From NCBI GenBank assembly GCA_964187785.1, contig OZ076412.1:37324001-37388000 (forward strand): 64,000 bases of DNA, given 5' to 3'. This DNA comes from Amphiscolops sp. MND2022. Its lineage: Eukaryota. The notes under the pieces were generated by a model. That model had not been told where the DNA came from, made no database searches, and saw only the letters and a list, made by a program, of their open reading frames with translations. The translations under genes were made by a program, and so were the position numbers. Positions within the stretch are counted from its first letter, which is position 1, and every line of letters starts with the position of its first letter. This document shows, one piece after another, positions 61,392 to 64,000 of this stretch.

Positions 61392-62476
61392 GACTGCAGA
61401 GTGTCATACAAAGAATTCACCTTGTCAGGCTTTGCTTCGAACCGAACAGCTCCAGAGTAGCTGTTACTTCTGCTTCGGTAGCCATTTGAAACATAAGGAC
61501 TATTACTTCTGCCTCTTTGGTTGTTGGACCGATTGTCCGATTGTGATGTGTTATTATTCGGAGACTTGGGTCGACTTGGATAGTTTTGCGCATATGTTTC
61601 TTTTGGTTGGGGAGGAGGTTTTTCCTCGTTTTCTTTCTTCTTTTTCAATGTCCAACAGTACTTGATTGTGTGTCCGGATTTTTTGCAAAAGTTGCAAAAT
61701 CTAGTAAAGTCTTGTTTCATTTTTGGGTTGTTCGGATCATAGGTAGCATTGATTTGATGATTTTTCACCATGTTGGTGATTTCATTCAATGTTTTCTCTA
61801 TGTTAGTGAAACGGGCGTCCATTGTCCCTGTTGAAGTTTGGGAACTTGAAGGTTGCAAGCCGGACATTTCGGCACTCACAACTAAACTCATATCTTTATT
61901 TATGATAAGAGCCTGTAAAGCGTCCCATGATTTGTTGGGATCTTCAATCATTGCTTGATGGGCTTTCTGTTTAAGACCCGGGCGCATTAAGCCTCTTATG
62001 AAGTAGTCTTTGTACTTCCCAATTCTCTGATTTTCGCATGCTGTGATAGCCTCTTGATTCGCATTTGACGGTGTTGGCCAGCCTTTGTCTACCAACGTTT
62101 TTATTCTGTGGATGTAACTTTTTATGTTTTCATCAGGCTGTCTTTTCAGATTCTCGGCCTCAATTCGGAACCGATATTGCATTTTTCCATCCGTAAACCT
62201 GTTTATGAATTGTGTTTTCATTTCTTCCCATGCTAACGCAGCGTCTAATGAATCAAACCACTCAGCCGCAGGTCCGCGTAGAACGGATCCGAAAAGTGCT
62301 TTTCTGCGGTCGTCATACACGGTTTGTTGGCCATTTTCATTTGTCGTAGGCCTACTTCCTAAAGAAAAGCTGATTTTCGTTTCTAATAGACGTATAAAAG
62401 CAGTTGGGTCCTCACTTGAATCGATTCCAATGAACTTTTCTAATGCTAAGTCAGGGTACGCTACAGTGTTTGCCAT
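61373..62476 (-). CDS. gag: Gag, 367 aa
   Basis: CX2CX4HX4C knuckle CNFCKKSGHTIKYC; LRGPAAEWF capsid-like segment; first ORF after the PBS. Confidence 0.92.
   Translation of the reverse strand: MANTVAYPDLALEKFIGIDSSEDPTAFIRLLETKISFSLGSRPTTNENGQQTVYDDRRKALFGSVLRGPAAEWFDSLDAALAWEEMKTQFINRFTDGKMQYRFRIEAENLKRQPDENIKSYIHRIKTLVDKGWPTPSNANQEAITACENQRIGKYKDYFIRGLMRPGLKQKAHQAMIEDPNKSWDALQALIINKDMSLVVSAEMSGLQPSSSQTSTGTMDARFTNIEKTLNEITNMVKNHQINATYDPNNPKMKQDFTRFCNFCKKSGHTIKYCWTLKKKKENEEKPPPQPKETYAQNYPSRPKSPNNNTSQSDNRSNNQRGRSNSPYVSNGYRSRSNSYSGAVRFEAKPDKVNSLYDTLQSCNPLK
61376..61382 (-). promoter_or_regulatory. Candidate -1 ribosomal frameshift heptamer U_UUA_AAA
   Basis: Lies directly before the gag stop, in gag phase; pol is in the -1 frame across it. 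Confidence 0.6.
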
Positions 62477-62776
62477 TTGTCTATTTAATCACGTTTATTT
62501 TGCTCCTTTATCACACTTTACAATTTTATTATTATTTTTGGCAATAACAGACTGGATTTTTGTGTAGAAGTTTCTTTGCTCCAATACACATGTAAAAATT
62601 GTTTACAAAGGAATCTCTTCGATCCTTTCGCAAATAAATAATTTTTGGAGTTTTGTTGCTCCTTTGAAGTGGACAGTTTCTGCGTATTTAAGCCTTAACA
62701 CGGAATGTTAAATTCCAAGGCAGCAGGCGAGGTGAAATATGGGCTTTCCATTTTCTTGCGAAACCTCGCTGGGATC

Positions 62777-63001
62777 GTGCAATTTAAGGAACACTCGTGT
62801 GCCAGAAATAAATTTCTTCCACGGAACCCGCACACGCTAATACCGAAGCTAGCGTAAGTGGATACTGTTTAGACTCAGTACCAAGAGTTGTGCAATTTAA
62901 GGAACACTCGTGTGTCAGAAATAAATTTCTTCCACGGAACCAGCACACGCTAATACCGAAGCTAGCGTAAGTGGATACTGTTTAGACTCAGTACCAAGAG
63001 T
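62777..63001. repeat. Two tandem ~113-bp repeats in the 5' leader
   Basis: GTGCAATTTAAGGAACACTCG...CAGTACCAAGAGT at 62777 and 62890, two mismatches seen. Confidence 0.95.
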
Positions 63002-63229
63002 ATGAAATTTTGTTTAGTATCTGCTTTAGATACTAAATGTTGTCAAAAAGTGAGTTTTTTTGTTTAATATCTGCTTTAGATATTAAATGTTGCACAAACA
63101 GTTGTTATTTTTCAAGAAATATTTGCTTTAAATATTTCAATTTTGCAAGATAAAACCCACCACGGGGAAAAGATTTTTGTTTTGTACGCTCGGTTTTATG
63201 GTCGTACAAATTGCGGTGTGAAATTGTTC

Positions 63230-63247
63230 TTTGCTCTGGTCGCACCA
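63230..63247 (-). promoter_or_regulatory. Primer-binding site
   Basis: TGGTGCGACCAGAGCAAA just inside the 5' LTR; priming tRNA not identified. Confidence 0.7.
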
Positions 63248-63249
63248 GA

Positions 63250-63760
63250 TGTTGTAAACCGGTGTTTTGGTTACTTAGTACTCGCTTTCTAACCTAAGCA
63301 ATAAGTCTCAAAAAGTGTTACGAAAAGGAAGATAAATTAAAACTGGAGGTTTACAGTAAGTAGAATTTTGTTAAGTCCTGCAAATCGCTGACTTGTAAAA
63401 TTTATAATGTTCTGTCAATTTTGGGACTCTTTGTCCTTTCAATTTTGGGGGATTTCCAGAGAGCAAGAGAGAAGGAAAATTGAGAGAAGAGAAAAGAGTT
63501 GTTGCTTTCTCAGTGTTCCGCGTTGGAATTGGTACCTGTATTTCTCTTTCCAGCTCAGGACAGTTCTACTGTCGCGTGGCTTTTTCCTATTGGCTGAGCA
63601 TTAAAGGAATTTGGGAATTCCAATTTCCTTTTAGCGCGTTGCTATTCGCTTAGAAAATAAAATGCTCTAATAATTCCGCTTTGGAAATTATTATGTCTCT
63701 GAGTCAATTTCCTCTGTTGGGAAAATGAACTAAATTAGAAATAGCGCATTGCTATAACTC
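63250..63760 (-). repeat. 5' LTR
   Basis: Direct repeat of 51454-51964; on the minus strand it has a CCAAT box and a TATAAA (63401-63406). Confidence 0.95.
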
Positions 63761-64000
63761 TGTCGAAGTTTTTCCGTTAAAAATGAGAATTCAGATTGCA
63801 TGAAAGTTGCGATGAAAAATGCTGTTATTTGAAATCAATGTGAAAAGATAGCTTATTTTGTCCGTGAAATCTCTTTTCAAAGTTAAAGATGATTTTCAGC
63901 CTGAAATCATGTTTTCCCCGTAGAGTGCTCCGTGAAATTTACTAAAATTCCCCGTAAAATTTTGCCATCCCTAATCGGGAATAAACTTGCTGCCACGGTG

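Larger units (their letters stand above)
51454..63760 (-). mobile_element. Intact four-ORF Ty3/Gypsy-type endogenous-retrovirus-like element (gag, pol, env, ORF4), 12.3 kb
   Basis: Two 511-bp direct repeats 11796 bp apart; PBS; four long uninterrupted ORFs on one strand; probable TSD CTGT (51453-51456, 63760-63763). Confidence 0.95.

Overview
AT-rich, repeat-dense eukaryotic (metazoan-type) DNA with spliceosomal introns; I found no rRNA, tRNA or CRISPR. Main content: (1) An apparently intact 12.3 kb Ty3/Gypsy-type endogenous-retrovirus-like element on the minus strand (51454-63760). Its two 511-bp LTR spans look identical by eye, and it has four uninterrupted ORFs: gag, pol (-1 frame), an env whose cysteine/motif pattern resembles chuvirus-type glycoproteins, and an unknown 519-aa coiled-coil ORF. 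This is the best candidate for a new system. (2) A five-exon GILT (IFI30-like thiol reductase) host gene on the minus strand (26429 to 5252), assembled by hand and mostly invisible in the ORF track. Its 16.1-kb first intron holds a nested stack, Tc1 > hAT (8-bp TSD) > BEL/Pao (5-bp TSD); the BEL/Pao carries a decayed antisense ORF. (3) A frameshifted Mag-like Gypsy element (33694-39577, TSD GGTCC) whose 5' part and flank are tandemly duplicated. (4) A 2.4-kb terminal exon of a mesothelin/otoancorin-like gene (50100 to 47677). (5) Many non-autonomous repeats (Helentron-like interspersed elements, MITEs, minisatellites, a 164-bp palindrome). Protein family calls come from motif recognition only; no database search was run.
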